Assembly (NCBI RefSeq): GCF_009914755.1
Contig: NC_060942.1
Origin: the human T2T-CHM13v2.0 reference genome, Homo sapiens
Strand: one strand, 5' to 3'
DNA length: 64,000 nt
The position numbers and the translations under genes were made by a program. How positions within the stretch are numbered: the first letter of the stretch is position 1; each line of letters opens with the position of its first letter. Below, in pieces: positions 1 through 18,640 of the stretch. The notes beneath the pieces were generated by a model. That model was not told the DNA's origin. It did not search any database and saw only the letters and a list, made by a program, of their open reading frames with translations.

Positions 1-510
1 CTGTGAAGTGCAAGGAGGTGAGGCCTGTGGATTTGGCCCCTTTCCTGATGGCATGCAAGGGAGCCTGCCCTCCCCTATTCCTAGAGCTTCAGCCGCTAAT
101 GCTGGGACACCCGGCGCTCCTCTGTGACCCCGTGTGTGTCTGAGCAGCGGCTCTGCCCATACTCCACGCAGCTCTCCCTGTCGGTCTGGAGGCCCTGATG
201 GGATGGGCTAACAGGGGAACTCCTGAACCCACGGTTGCAAAGGTCCCTGGCAAAAGTATGGGTCCCCGGGGACTCTCACCTCACTCACTGGTTCCCCATA
301 TTTTGGGGGATCTCCCCTAGCTCCATGCCATTCCCAGGTGGACAGTCCTCCTGTCTCACTCCTCTCTGTTCTCCGTGGGTCGAGTTCTTTCCTTGATGAA
401 TCCCATCGTGTCCACCGGGATGTTTCAGTTAAGCTAGTATTTACTCGCCCCCTCCGTGAGAGCCACGCACGCTAGCTGCTACTAGTCAGCAATCTTGGCC
501 CTGCCCCCTC
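1..510 (-). mobile_element. L1 5' UTR, primate L1PB/L1PA13-16 type; element runs off the left edge
   Basis: The reverse complement of 455-508 reads GGGGCAGGGCCAAGATTGCTGACTAGTAGCAGCTAGCGTGCGTGGCTCTCACGGAG, the typical 5' start of these L1s. The segment is locally GC/CpG-rich. Confidence 0.8.
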
Positions 511-700
511 TTTGTTAATTTTGTATCTAATTGCACTATCGATAACTGAACAAGGAGTATTGAGTCTCCAACTATAACTGAGTTTCTTTTTAAATTCAGT
601 TCTGTGAGTTTTACTTTTACGCATTTTGCAATTCTGTTATTTGCTCTAGACATATTTGGAGTTTTAGATACATTAAATTTATCCTTTTACAATTTTAAAA
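511..700 (-). mobile_element. old L1M ORF2 (endonuclease region) fragment
   Basis: Diverged match to antisense L1 ORF2 (gagtattgagtctccaactataa...ttcagttctgtgagtttt...atccttttac). Confidence 0.6.
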
Positions 701-1146
701 TGTTTCAAAATCAATGATAAAAAATCTTAAGAGTAGCAATATAGAAAATGACACATTAAGTACAGAAGAGCAATAAAGTGAATACATGTTGATTTGCCAT
801 AGAAAATAACGAAATAGAAATAACGAAAGCCAGAAAACAATGACAAGTCATAAAGTTCTTGAAGACAAAAACTTGTCAATGTATACGAAAATATTCTTAA
901 ATCCTTCAGAAATCAGGACTACATAAAGATATTTTCACATAAACATGAGGTGAAAGCATAAATCATCAGCAGAAGTTTATTTCAAATAATGCTAAATATC
1001 CACATAGTTTCAGAAATGGTAAATTTGTGGATAAACATAAAATATTAGATTTTATTTATTTTTCTTTTTTAGGTAATTGATTTTTTTGAAGTAAAAATAA
1101 ATATTTTTGAGGTAAGTAGAATATACTGTAGTAAGATTCTTACACA

Positions 1147-1753
1147 CTGTAAGTCTTCATTTAACTCCATTGATAGATTTTTGGAAACTGCAGTTTCAAG
1201 CAAAACAATGTAAAATGAAACTAAATTTACTATAGGTTAACAGAAAAAAACAAGAGTTAAGTTCTTACAGCATTATTTCTGTCCCAAAAACATTACCAAA
1301 CTTCTAAATAAAGACAAAACACTTCTAATACTAAACAGTAAAATAAATGTAAGCTATGCATACATTTAAGAAAGATTAATAAAAAGCCAAACAAGATCAT
1401 TATTTTCCCAGTTAATTACAATTCAGGGTTGCAGGTGGTTGGAATCTACTCAGGTAGCTCAGGATGCAAGGCAGGAACCAACGCTGGACAGGACACCATT
1501 CCATGGCAGGGCATGACTCCCACACACACCCACAGTCACTCCTGCTGGGTCAGTAAAGACACACCAGGTCACCTACATTTGCACAACTGTGGGATCTAGG
1601 AGGAAACTGTATTATCTGGACGACAGTCCTTCAGACATGGGGAGAACATTTAACTCCAACAGATAGTGGCCCCTGGAGAAAGTTGATTTCTTTTCTCATC
1701 AACATCATAACAAAACAATGTTGAACAAAATGACATTATTTGAGGACCTCCTA
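1147..1753 (-). mobile_element. MER6A DNA transposon (TcMar-Tigger non-autonomous), about full length
   Basis: Terminal inverted repeats ctgtaagtcttcatttaac... and ...ttatttgaggacctcct; length about 607 bp; internal ctggacaggacaccattccatggcagggc...cagacatggggagaacat core. Confidence 0.85.
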
Positions 1754-2139
1754 TATATGTAAAATGGTCTAATATTAATTCAAAACATATTGTGATAGAT
1801 GAAGAATGTGTACTATAATCCCTAGGGCAACCACTACAAAGTAAAAAAGAAGAATTGTAAATAATAAACCAAGAGAGAAGCTCAAGTCAAAAGCTAAAAA
1901 GAATTTTTTAAAATAGCAAAATGATAGATTTAAATACAACCGTATATCAGTAATTACCTTATATAAAATTGACTTAAGGAAATACATGAAAGTATTAGAA
2001 CACATTAACAGATTAGAAAAAATAAACCTTTGATTATTTCAATGGCTGCATATTAAAATAATCACTAAATATCAACATTTATTAATGTTACAGACTCTTT
2101 AACAAAGAATGGAAGAAATTTTTTAATCTGATAGAGGAT

Positions 2140-2484
2140 TGATATGGTTTGGCTTTGTCCCCACCCACATCTCATCTTGAATTCCCACATGTTGTGGGAG
2201 GGACCAGTGGGAGGTAATTGAGTCATGGGGCAGGTTTTTCTCATGCTGTTCTCGTGATAGTGAATAAGTCTCATGAGATCTGATGGTTCTAACAAGGGGG
2301 AGTTTCCCTGTACAAACTCTCTTTTTGCATGCTGTCATCCATGTAAGAGGTTACTGGGTCCTTCTTGCTTTCCACTGTGATTGTGAGGCCTCTCCAGCCA
2401 CGTGGAACTGTAAGCCCATTAAACTTCTTTTTCTTCCCAGTTTCAGGTATGTCTTTATCAGCAGCATGAAAACGGACTAATACA
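2140..2484 (+). mobile_element. THE1 (THE1A/B) solo LTR, ERVL-MaLR
   Basis: Starts TGATATGGTTTGGCT and ends GGACTAATACA; internal gtgaataagtctcatgagatctgatgg. Confidence 0.92.
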
Positions 2485-3374
2485 AATATATTGAGGGAAA
2501 AAAAGCTACATAAAACATTACACTTACTAGAAACCCATTTAGAGCATTCTCCTTAAACTTAATCATACCAGAAAATGACAGCCATATTCAAAATTTTATA
2601 GTGGTCCTTGGGAAAACAAACACTGAACAAGAAAAAAGAAACCCTGAGATGTGTATAGAAATATCCAACATTTTGATTCTTAGACTATTGATCATGTACA
2701 CTGTAAAAGTGAAAGAAATGCAAAAGCCTTTTAGAACTATTTAAATAACATGGTATCAAACAACTGACAAATTAATACTGATACAGCAGTAGAATATATC
2801 TGTGTTATACTGGTGTTTATAATGATAACAATTAGTAAACAATTGGTAAAAACTGGTAAAAAATAAAAATTTTAGCAAAATAACAAAAAAAAACGCCAAT
2901 AGCCTTTAGAATAAGTGTAATAAAACACATAAACAGTATTTGTAGAGAGAATTCCAAAATTCTTAAAATAGGACCCAAATAAATAAAGAAATATGTTATG
3001 GTTATTGACTGGATGTTGTCGTCAATTCTCTCTAAATCAAACAACAAACTTAAAGGATTTTATGTTAGAGTTCATTGTAAAACTTGACAAGTTGTTGCAA
3101 AGGAATATATCAAGAAGTTCAGAAAACTCTAGTAATGAAGACACCAATTTAAGCACAGGAGGTGCTAAGACAAATCAAACTAATGAAGGGTCAAGGAATG
3201 AATGATTGAATGAATTAAATAATATACAGATAAATTAGAGGAGTAAGAGGGTAAGCATAGGACCTAAGAAAATCATCCTTCCTTTTTTCTTCATGACATT
3301 TGGAGTAAAAGAATGAGATTATTGGGTGTGCAGTTATATTACTTGCCCCTTTCTTTTGCCTTAGCTCTTGTTTC

Positions 3375-3501
3375 ACTTATTCTTCTATTTTGCAAGAAGT
3401 TCCAGTACCAAATATTTTACTGGAATTGTTTCTTATCTTCTTTTTAATATGACTTTCATTGTGATGAGGGTGACTAGCTTTCTTCTGGGTGGAGAACTAA
3501 C
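3375..3501. repeat. copy 1 of 127-bp dispersed direct duplication (partner 4753-4879)
   Basis: Ungapped manual alignment with 15 mismatches in 127 bp. Confidence 0.9.
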
Positions 3502-3554
3502 ATGTGGATTGGTGTATTGTGTGGTTATTTAAAGTTGTTTTATGAAAAGACAAT

Positions 3555-3920
3555 TCGTGACAGACATCACAAGTGCATTCGTGTTCAGTGCTCTGCTGTC
3601 TCTTGATGCACTGCTTGACCACATTTCCAGGCTCCCTTACATTTAGTTGGGTCAAGTAAACAGTTATCACCAAGGCGATATGAGTGGAAGTAAAGTGTGT
3701 CATCTCCAGGCCAAGGCAGTTAAGAAAAACAAACAAACAAACTTTGCCCTCTTCATTCTGTCTCTTATCTCTCTCTCTGGCCATATGCGGGAAAAACAAT
3801 GGAGTACTCTGATGCCCTAGAAAGCAAAACCATGAGATGAAAGGAGCTCGGATCTCTGAAGACACATGTGGAGCCGTCTCCTACCAATTGACATGACACT
3901 TAGCTTTTATCAAACTGAGC
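3555..3920 (+). mobile_element. MLT1 (MLT1I/J-like) MaLR LTR fragment
   Basis: cacatttccaggctccctt...gagtggaagtaaagtgtgtcatctccaggcc...gagatgaaaggagctcggatctctgaa. Confidence 0.65.
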
Positions 3921-4449
3921 TCTAAAGGAGTAACCCGACATCATCTAGGAGATTGTACTCTCTTAAAGAAAAATTTATCCTCAAATAAAATATATATTCA
4001 AATTGTTAATAGGGTCTTAGTAAATGAAATGGAATATTCTGAAGTAGGAGTAACATAACTATTGGGTACTATATATAATCATCAAATGAGAATGTTTTTC
4101 TAAGTTGGAAAGGAGGTAAAAGGAAAAAAATAAACAGGTATGATCAGACTGAGGTTTGTTTTGTACACATCTTCCTGAGTGGGCGTGTGGACCATGTGAA
4201 TGCGAAAGGTAATGCAAGAGTATTGATTCTCTGCCCCTTTTTGGTGCAGGGAAGAAAGATGAGTCATCTGGCCACTTTTCAGTAGCAAAGTCCGAGGTCA
4301 CTTTGCTCCAGGCAGAAAAATATTTGGATATAAGGGCTATAGAAATGGACTAAGACAGAGATTGATAACATGTAACTTGTTGACTCATTCCTTCCAGTAA
4401 TTCTGTTTTCTTACTCACCTTCAAAACTTTATTTTTTTTTAAAAAAAAA

Positions 4450-4620
4450 AAGACTTTATTTTTAGAGAAGTTTTAGGTTGACAGAAAAATGGAAAGCTAG
4501 GCATAGACATTTTCCACTTAATTTTTGCCCCACAAGTGCACAACCTCTCCCATTAACTTCCCTCACTAGAATATTACGTTAGTTACAATTGGCCAACCTA
4601 CATTGACACATTACCACTGA
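4450..4620 (-). mobile_element. L1MC/L1MD 3' end fragment
   Basis: gactttatttttagagaagttttaggttgacagaaaaat...ttacaattggccaacctacattgacacatt. Confidence 0.65.
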
Positions 4621-4752
4621 AAGAACAGCTTAATTGTTCCTTTCTTCTCTCACAAATCAGGGTTTTCTGCAGTGTTTCCGACATATTATTGTTCTCCCTG
4701 ATCTTTCTTTTTGAAGTATCAATGATTTTTTTCTTAGTTTTCTTAAGTTTTT

Positions 4753-5283
<531 letters not shown>

Positions 5284-6224
5284 CTAATACAGTTATTGTA
5301 CATGTGTCCATGATTAGAGTTAAAATATGAGTAGTGGGATCATTTTTGGTCATGTTTATAATTTTTCTATAAAACATATGTTTGGGGGGGTCTTTATTGT
5401 ATATAATTGAATAAAAGAAATGCCAGTTCATAATCACTGCTTGGCCTTTTCTGAAATAACAAACATATGTGCATAATCACTGTCCTTGGAAGACAGTTAC
5501 GCATATTAGAGTGTTCAGAAATAAAGATAAAATGAATATTAATAGGAAACAAAGGAAAAAAATAATCAAAAGTTGACCACTGGTTGTAGTTATCTGTTTA
5601 TGGTTAACAAATATTAATAGTAGTTTTTAAAATTTTACATTGTCATACTAGCTTTGCAATAATATTTATTTTCTACCCTATAAATGATATATGTCAAAAA
5701 TATTTTTTAGAAATAAGTAACCAATAATTCACCTAATCTAATAGATTCTTTGTAACATACTCAACATATCCTCTCTACTAGTCAGCTCCATACATATGGA
5801 GATGTCCACTGGCCTTTCCCTGCTCTTTTAGATCTGTGTTACATTTTGCGCTAAATTGCATTTCATGTTCCTTAGAAGTCAAACTCCAGCTGGAAATTTC
5901 TGCAGGTAACTGAAAAGCTTATATTCTCATAATTGTCTCTGATTCTGTGCTCCTGCCACCTCCTAGTGACACTGCCTATGATCTCTGCCAAGGCGACTCA
6001 AATATTCTGTTCAGCCTCCTGACTGAACTCATTTCCCTCCTTTCTCACTCCCTCCCTCCCTTTCTCCTTTTCCCCCTCCCTCATCCCCAACTATTCATAT
6101 TTTTGTACCCATTTAAAATTATCCATTTCTCTCTAATGTTTCAGTTGCATCACGTGTATCTTCCAATTATACATATATTCCGATTCCTAACTTAGTTTCT
6201 TCTTTGACCAATACAGTGTTTTGA

Positions 6225-6733
<509 letters not shown>

Positions 6734-6869
6734 TCTTTTTGCTCTTTCTTTCTATATGAATTTTACTGTGATCTGCTAACATGTTTACATGTTTTCAATC
6801 CAGGCATGTGTTGAGGTTTGCTTTCTATATAAGTGTGTAGTTTTACACAATTCATATTTGGTTGAAAAC

Positions 6870-7660
6870 AATATGGGTTCTTAGGTGATGAGGACAGTTC
6901 AGGCAGTGCTATGGCTTGAGCACAGTGGGTGAAAGGATGAGATAATGGGAGTTAGATTGTATCTCCCCTTATGGAACATGAGCTTTTATTCTCCATAGAT
7001 AAGAAACCACTAGAAGACTTTGAGCATGGGAGTGATATGATCTGACTTATATTTGAATGAGATAATTGCATTTAGCGTTTTGGGAAGAGAGTAACGGGAG
7101 GAAAAGAAGTGGAAGCACAAACACTAGCAGGAGGCCTTTGCAGGCTGCAGGTGAGAAACAGTGTTTTATCGGGCTAAGCTGATTAGACTAAGGAAATTAC
7201 AAGAAGTGATTGAATTATGAATACATGTTTAGGCATACATTATGAGATTTGCTTAAGATTTGGTTGTGCTGTGTGAAGAAAATTAAGGAGTTAAAATTTT
7301 GTTGTTGCTGGTGTTTTTTGTCCTGAAGTTAAAGTTTCTGTAAATCAGTGAGAGATAAAAGGGTTAGTTGAGAAAGATCAGCATTCTTTAGGACATGTTA
7401 AGCTTAAGTTGTCTATTAGCTAGCTAAGTTTACAATCGGAAATGAAAGTCTTTTATTACAGGGAAGGTCTTGGTGATTATATAAATTTTTGAGAATACAA
7501 ATAATGTTATAGGATTATATGGGATTATCTAGGTTGTGAAAGTAGAAGAGAAGAGAAAAAGCTCAGTGGCAGAGTACAAGGAGGGGTGAGTGCATGGATG
7601 AGGAGAGTGAGAGGTTCTAGTAGCCAAGTGGGTAAAGAGCTTCAATGAAGAGGGAGTAAG
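6870..7660 (-). mobile_element. L2 (L2a-like) fragment
   Basis: aaccactagaagactttgagcatgggagtgatatgatctgacttatattt, ttttaggacatgttaag and similar antisense L2 ORF2 motifs. Confidence 0.75.
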
Positions 7661-10123
7661 AACAGGTTTGCTACATGAATACCAACTAGTTATGTTTTAG
7701 CTCATCTTTGTCCAAATGTCTAAGACATGGACTGCCAAAAGTGAGAGCTCAAGAAATATTTATTGAATGAATAATAGAAATTCCGTCAATACATAAGATA
7801 ATGTTACATAGATATTACAAACATATTCTTTTAAAATATTTCACATTTCTAACATAGAGCACTAAGCTATTGTACATTTTACACATGGAGGAAATAAACC
7901 ACTCTTAGAAAACATAAATGAAAAATTTTAAAGTAAAACAAAAATGTTATTTTATTTTAAAATCGCTTCCAAGCAAACAGATGATAGAATAAAAACAGGG
8001 CAAACCCCCAGAGCTACTATAACTTTCTATTATCCACCATGTAAATCATAACTGATGATTTTTTTAATCTGAAAGAAAAGAAATGCACAGTAATACAATA
8101 AACAGAACAGTTTCTTTTTCTTCAGATACGTGACCATATAAATTGAATACTAGCAAGGTAACACATTTGATTAAAAAAATTGCACCCTAAATTAGAAAGA
8201 GGAATAATAGAATTATGAAACAATAGCACTCTTAGGGTGGCTGATGGCTCAGGGGGACAGGTCTCTATGGAATAGAAAGGAGAGATATTGGCAATTTAAA
8301 TGAAAACACCCTTGGCTGAAATTAATTCTGAAGGAATTTAGACATTTGTTCTTGCAGGTGACAGTATAATTGTGCATGAATTTGAGCCAATCAACTATTT
8401 CTCTAGAGTAGAACAGATGCCTCTATTCAAGTATGGAGAATAAGCTTTTCTGGCCATTGCTTATAATAATCAGAAATAGTGACATCAATAGCATTCATAT
8501 GCTAATTAGAATTTTTCCTTACTATCTGGTATGGATATTGGTTGGTCTTCTGTTTAACCTATGTAACCTCAGGGTATTTGCACATTTTAGTTACAGAATC
8601 ACACAAGGGAAAAAGTAAACATTCTGCTTGCTTATGTAGTGTACTAATTTTCAAGCCAGTGTGATACAGTTGAGAAAAATAATTGAAATTTGATTTGATT
8701 GTATTCAGGAATAAAAAGCAATACAAGTAGGAAATAGCAGTTTATAACACAAATTTATTCTCAGTGGTACAAAAAAAATGACTGCATTGTGACTACCCTC
8801 TTACAAGGTTATGTATTTTGTCTATATTGCTTATGCTTCAGAGATGAAAAAATATCAAATGAAGAATGGGATTAGCTGCAAAGCTTAGCCCTACTTACCA
8901 TATATTTATATTAACAATGAAGGAAATGAAATGAACCTCCACAATAGTGTTAAGCATTCAAACTGAAAACTGGTTGGAAAAATATAACTGTCAGTTCTAG
9001 AAATAGTATTAAAATATGAAAAATTGCTATTCTATTGTCAAATGCATAATATGCACGTTTTTGTTTTTGGCAAAAAATGTCTAGTGCTGAGAGAATCATC
9101 CAAGAAATATTATGAGCATTATATGGTAATTAAAAAAATTTTTTTTTAATTTAAAAAAAAAATTACCAATACATAAGAACAATGTGGCATATCGTTTACA
9201 AAGAAGATAAACTCTGGCAACAACAACAAAAATATGTGATATATTATGGGAAGAAACATAAAAGAATTAGAGAAGAAGTGATTAATAAAATTATTTCGAG
9301 TAAGTTAAGAAATGCTAAATATTATTCAACTATTTTAAACAAATTGTTGTAAACCTTGAAACATGTATAATAGCTTTTCTCTGATTAGGGGTTTTACAGA
9401 TGCTAAAATGTTTATAATTGAAAATATTTTGAGGCTTTATCCGGAGACAATAACTGCAGAGGATTACCACATTTTAAAATACTTCTTACAAACCTGAACA
9501 CAGGCAATACTAATTTGCGAGTGCATGAAAATGACAATGACATAGCTATTCATCCCAATCCTAACAAATTGCAATAGAAGATATTTTAAAAATTACATCA
9601 TCCTATATTCCTTTTATTAGGCATTCTTTAAGTTTGAGTATAAATGAAGTAGCTTATACCTGCCTTGAAAATGTATAAATTTTACCTTATTCAACAATGA
9701 TACAAGTACTTTCAGTTTCAATGAAATGTCCCCATATATTGCAAATAGGCTTCAAAAAGAAAAATTTGAAACCAATGTCAAATCATAAAGTGTCATTAAG
9801 GTTAGTGTCACTATGCGCCTCTCTCTCCCCAACATGCACATGTATATACATATGAACAATTATTTAGAGGCTGCATGCTAGGTTTGCTTAAAAGTATTGA
9901 TGATGTTTTAAAATCTATAAATTCTATACAAAATATATTTTTAAAATATTTACTTTTAAATTTTAAGGAAAACCATTGCTTTCATCACATAATATTGGAA
10001 GCAAAATGCAATGCACATAATGTCCTTGAAAGCATCAAGAGAGTTAAAATATTCTTTGAAGAAAAGAGAAATGGATTTTGCCCATAGAAAACAGTATTGG
10101 CATTAGTCAAATTGCATATTCTT

Positions 10124-14488
<4,365 letters not shown>

Positions 14489-14901
14489 AAATTTCACATT
14501 CTTAATACTGGCACCACTGTCTCCAATGTAGAATATGTGAGAAGCAAAAAATAAGGAAGGAGACATATTTCACTAGGAAACCTATATCTGTCTATGGAAG
14601 AAACACATCCAAAATTCAAAATTAGTTTTTCTCAATATTGGATAAAAACTATTACATTATATCAGAAATTTAAAAATGAATATATTAAAGATAACATGTA
14701 ATTTCAAGAAATATGATGAAGGGGAACTATTATAATTACATAGAGTTTCCTTTTATCCCAGACCGACTAATGATTAAAAAACTTAATTGATGGAATATCT
14801 CAACTCTGTAAAATCTACTCTAATCCATGAGAAAGAATTGTAGTATCTTTACAACAATGGTTAATGAGATATATTTGCAAATACTTTGTAGCACTTGGAA
14901 T

Positions 14902-14948
14902 ATATTTGTAAGCATTTCCCACTTAATATTTGTAAGCATTTCCCACTT
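14902..14948. repeat. 24-bp-period tandem duplication
   Basis: atatttgtaagcatttcccactt occurs twice; it gives KWEMLTNI twice in ORF 14820-15029. Confidence 0.95.
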
Positions 14949-15011
14949 GTTAAACGTTTTAAATATTAAGATGTGGTATTTTTTAGTGATGGTATAGTAT
15001 GTCGTTTTACT

Positions 15012-15330
15012 GATGGAGGGCTTTCTCATGGTTTAACACTATGCCCTCTGTGCTGTTCCCATGATAGTGAGTGGGTTCTCAGAAGACCTGGTTGTTTAAA
15101 AGTGTGGCACCTCTCCCTCTCTCTTTATTGTTTTTACTCCTGCCATGTAAGACACCTCCTCCCACTTTGCCTTCTACCATGATTGGAAGCTTCCTGAGGT
15201 CTTCCCAAATGCAGAAGCCACCATGCTTCCTGTACAGCCTGAAAAAATGTGAGCCAATTAAACCTCTTTTCTTTATAAATCACTCAGTCTCAGGTATTTC
15301 TTTATAGCAATGCAAGAAAAGAGTAATACA
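15012..15330 (+). mobile_element. MSTA-like MaLR LTR, 5'-truncated
   Basis: ggttgtttaaaagtgtggcacc...gagccaattaaacctcttttctttataaat...taataca. Confidence 0.88.
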
Positions 15331-16680
15331 TTCCTAATCTGAGGAAAAAAGTGTTCAGTAATTTATCATTAAGGACAATATGTTTTGTAGGATTTTTAGA
15401 AGTGCCTTTTCATGGACAGGATTTTTTTTTATTTTGTTGATTATTCTTACTATAAGTGGGAATCGAATTTTGTTAAATGCTTTTTTCTGGTTTTATTGAA
15501 ATGATGTTTTTTTCTTTTCTCTGCAAGTTTTGTGAGCTGAATTTATTAATTTTCAGTTGTAAATCAAACCTAGAATAAACTCTATTAGGTCATTATTGAT
15601 TATCTTATTTTATAGTGATGAATCTCACTTGTTAATACTTATTAATTTTTTCCCCATGTTAATGGGGAAGGTCTTCTACAGATATCTTTTTCTATAATAT
15701 ATTTCTTTGTCCATTTTTCAAGTCAGGTGTGGCACTATCATAACTGAGGGGGGATGTTCTCTTTTACATTTTTTAATGCATTTGTGTAAGCTTGGTATTA
15801 TATATTTGAATATTTCATATAATTTATCAGTGAAGCCACTAGATTCTATAGTTTTCACTGTGGGAAGGTTTTCATTAGAAATTTATTTATGATATATGGA
15901 TATACAGAGTTTCTATTTCTTCTTTTGTCAATTTTAATATTGTATCTATGTAAAGTGTTTTTTCATTTTCTATAAAGTTCTTGAACTTATTGCCATAAAA
16001 TTGTCCAAATTTTCACTTACTATGCCTTTGATAATCAAGGATGTTAGTAATAACCTGTTTTCTCTCCTGATACTAAAATATTTTCTCCTTTTTCAAAAAA
16101 ATCTTCCATCAATGTTGAGTTTATAAATGTATTCTTTCCATGCAAACAACTTTGACTTCATTAATTCTCTTTGTTTCTTTTCTGTGTTACTGATTTCTGA
16201 TCACTTGTTTTATGCTTTTGACACTGGGTTTGTAGATTTCTGCTAATTTATTTATTATCTTATGCTTTTAATTTTGCATTTAATTTTATTGTCTTTGCTT
16301 ATATTCTTAAGGTTAAAATGTAGAAAACAAAGTTTAGAGATTTATTTCTTTCCCATGTAAGCACTGAATAGACCAATTTCCTCTAAACACTAATTTAGCT
16401 GCTTTGTATGAATTTTCATATGTTCAAGTTTACTTTTAAATACAATACTTATAATTTACTGTGTGATTTCTTCTGTTATCCATGTGATATTTAAAGTTAT
16501 ATTAATTTCTAAATATGTCATTATTCTTACATGTAACTTACTTATTTCTAATTTGATTCTGTTTGGTCAAATACCTTATTTTGAAAGATTTTAAGACTTT
16601 TAAATCTATTGAGACTAGTTTTGCTATCATACATTCTATTTATTATTGACATGTGTGAACATTCTATGTGCATTTGAAAA
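15331..16680 (-). mobile_element. old L1M ORF2 fragment
   Basis: T-rich antisense ORF2 motifs: ttgaaatgat, cagtgaagcca, ttcctctaaacact, tgtgcatttgaaaa. Confidence 0.7.
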
Positions 16681-16699
16681 TTCTTAATCACAAAATACA

Positions 16700-17290
16700 A
16701 TTTGGGTCTCCATGTCGCTTTCTGATTCCCTGATATTTATCTTTTCAGTTCACTCACCAAACATCTACACAGATCATTTCAAGCCTTCACTACTCTTCTC
16801 AAATTTGTAAACCTTCTCATCTATTTTTCACAGAAAATGGCCTCACCTCTCACTGCATAGAGAAAATAGATGGCCTCAGACAGGAATGTTCTCACTTTCT
16901 GATACCAAATTTAGAAACCTATTTTCCTTTTCACTTGATAAAGTAGTGGAGTTTTTCTTCCAATGAAAGGCTAATCCCTTTGCTCAGGAGTTTGTAGCTC
17001 TCTTTCATAAACCTTACCCAAAAGTTTATCCCTTATCTCTTATATATTTTAAGCTGGTGCCTTCCAAGTAGTTCTTTTTTCTCTTATTAAACTCACTGCA
17101 ATTTAGTGGGGGAAACGGCACAACAGAACCCCTGATCATCCTGCTGTTACCTTCAGATCTCTTTCCTCTCTCTTACAGCAAAATGTCTGAAATATATTTC
17201 AACATTATTTCATTTCCTCACTTTCTGTTCACTTTTCTCTATACAGAAACTTCACTGTCTTCCACTGAGGTAGTTAATCACTCAGTAAAT
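16700..17290 (+). mobile_element. L2 fragment; 17003-17289 is duplicated at 18342-18640
   Basis: agagaaaatagatggcctcagacaggaat, ctcttacagcaaaat...catttcctcact. Confidence 0.65.
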
Positions 17291-18341
17291 TAACTAAAAC
17301 AACCCATTCTATCATCAATACATGACCTCTATTTTTTCCCAAGTGAGAAAAGTCGGTATGAGACTAGTGTAAAGGACACTACCAAGTACTCATGATTCTA
17401 ATCCTACCAGAAACAGACTCCTGGGTAGACACTTTTCCACTGGAGTTGACATCACCATTCCACTCAACAGTGGTCAGACTTATTCATGAGATCGATGTGG
17501 ATTTCCATGATTCTCTCTTCATCCCAAGAACAAGACATAATGAAATATGACTATGTATCTAAGACCCAACAGGAAAAAAGGAAACACATGGAAGAAAAAA
17601 GACACCTAATAAAAAATATAATTTTGGTGTCTGCTTTGGAATATTGTTGTTATCGTGCTATTATCTATATGCTAATAGGAATATGAAGAAGACTTTTCAC
17701 ATTCCTTTTCATCTATTTCTAACCATAACTTTAGCAGACTATGCTTGTATAAACTGAAATGCAACACTTCTAGAATAACATCTTTTACTCACTGATGCCA
17801 GAGAATTTAGAAAAAAATACTTTTTCTAAGTGATTCTACTTTTTAGAGCAATGTGGTTATCTGCACGCATTCAGTAAAAAGCAACCCTATTCTTGCCAGG
17901 TTATAGTTAGACACATACATTGCACAGCAAAGTTCATACTTCTGGGATCACATTTAAAATTCAACTTCATATGAAAATCAGGCTGATGATAATAATGATA
18001 GCAATAATTATGGAACATTATTGTGGTTCCTTTGTGAGAACAGGGCCTATAAGGTCTTCCTAAGAAACTAGCATAGGATCTCTTCTATGGCTTGAAACAT
18101 TCATCTAGTAGGTAGTAAGGAAAGTCACTTTCCGGCATAGCATAAACTTCAATAAACCTGGGGAAATACAATTCACCCACATTATAATTTCTGTAAGCAA
18201 ACCTGGTGAAGGTGAATTTCTTCATTTGGATTTTTTAGCCTTGAAATATACAAATGAATATGTATAATAGAAATTATTAAGAACACAACCCTAGAGTTAT
18301 TAAGTAATATCTTCTGTGACATTTTTTGGTATTCATAAAAG

Positions 18342-18640
18342 TTTCATAAACCTTACCCCAAAGTATATCCCTTATCTCTCATGTATTTTAAGCCTGTGCA
18401 TTTCTAGCAGTTCCTTCCACTTATTATTAAACTCACTGCAACCAAGGGGGAAAAGCAGCACAGCTAAACCCCTTTCTTAACCCCTCATCATCCTGCTGCT
18501 ACCTTCAGATCTCTTTCCTCTCTCTCACAGCAAAATTTCTCCAGTGTGTTTTTAATATTCTTTTATTTCCTCACTTTCTATTCACTCCTCTCCATATAGC
18601 AAATTTACTGTCTTCCAGTGAGATGTTAATTACTCCAGTA
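18342..18640. repeat. diverged direct duplicate of 17003-17289
   Basis: Shared blocks tttcataaaccttaccc, ttattaaactcactgcaa, accttcagatctctttcctctctct, actgtcttcca. Confidence 0.9.

Larger units (their letters stand above)
700..3200 (+). mobile_element. old fragmented L1M (ORF1 end, inter-ORF, ORF2 pieces), interrupted by MER6A and THE1
   Basis: A-rich diverged L1 motifs: aaaatcttaagagtagcaa, aagccagaaaacaatg, atccttcagaaat...ataaagatattttcac, aacttgacaagttg. Confidence 0.6.

Noticed and set aside
1-510. GC/CpG-rich start as a gene promoter
   Set aside because: It is explained by an L1 5' UTR, whose YY1 motif is mutated (AAGATTG instead of AAGATGG).
3377-3430. IFGTGT/IFGAGT resembling the TCR/Ig J-segment FGxGT motif, or a defensin-like CCK end
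   Set aside because: No RSS heptamer/nonamer upstream, the frame ends in a stop rather than a splice donor, and the six-cysteine defensin pattern is absent.
8126-8157. Possible 32-nt plus-strand microexon (tttctttttcttcag | ... aag|gtaaca)
   Set aside because: Weak donor, length not a multiple of 3, and such site pairs are common by chance.
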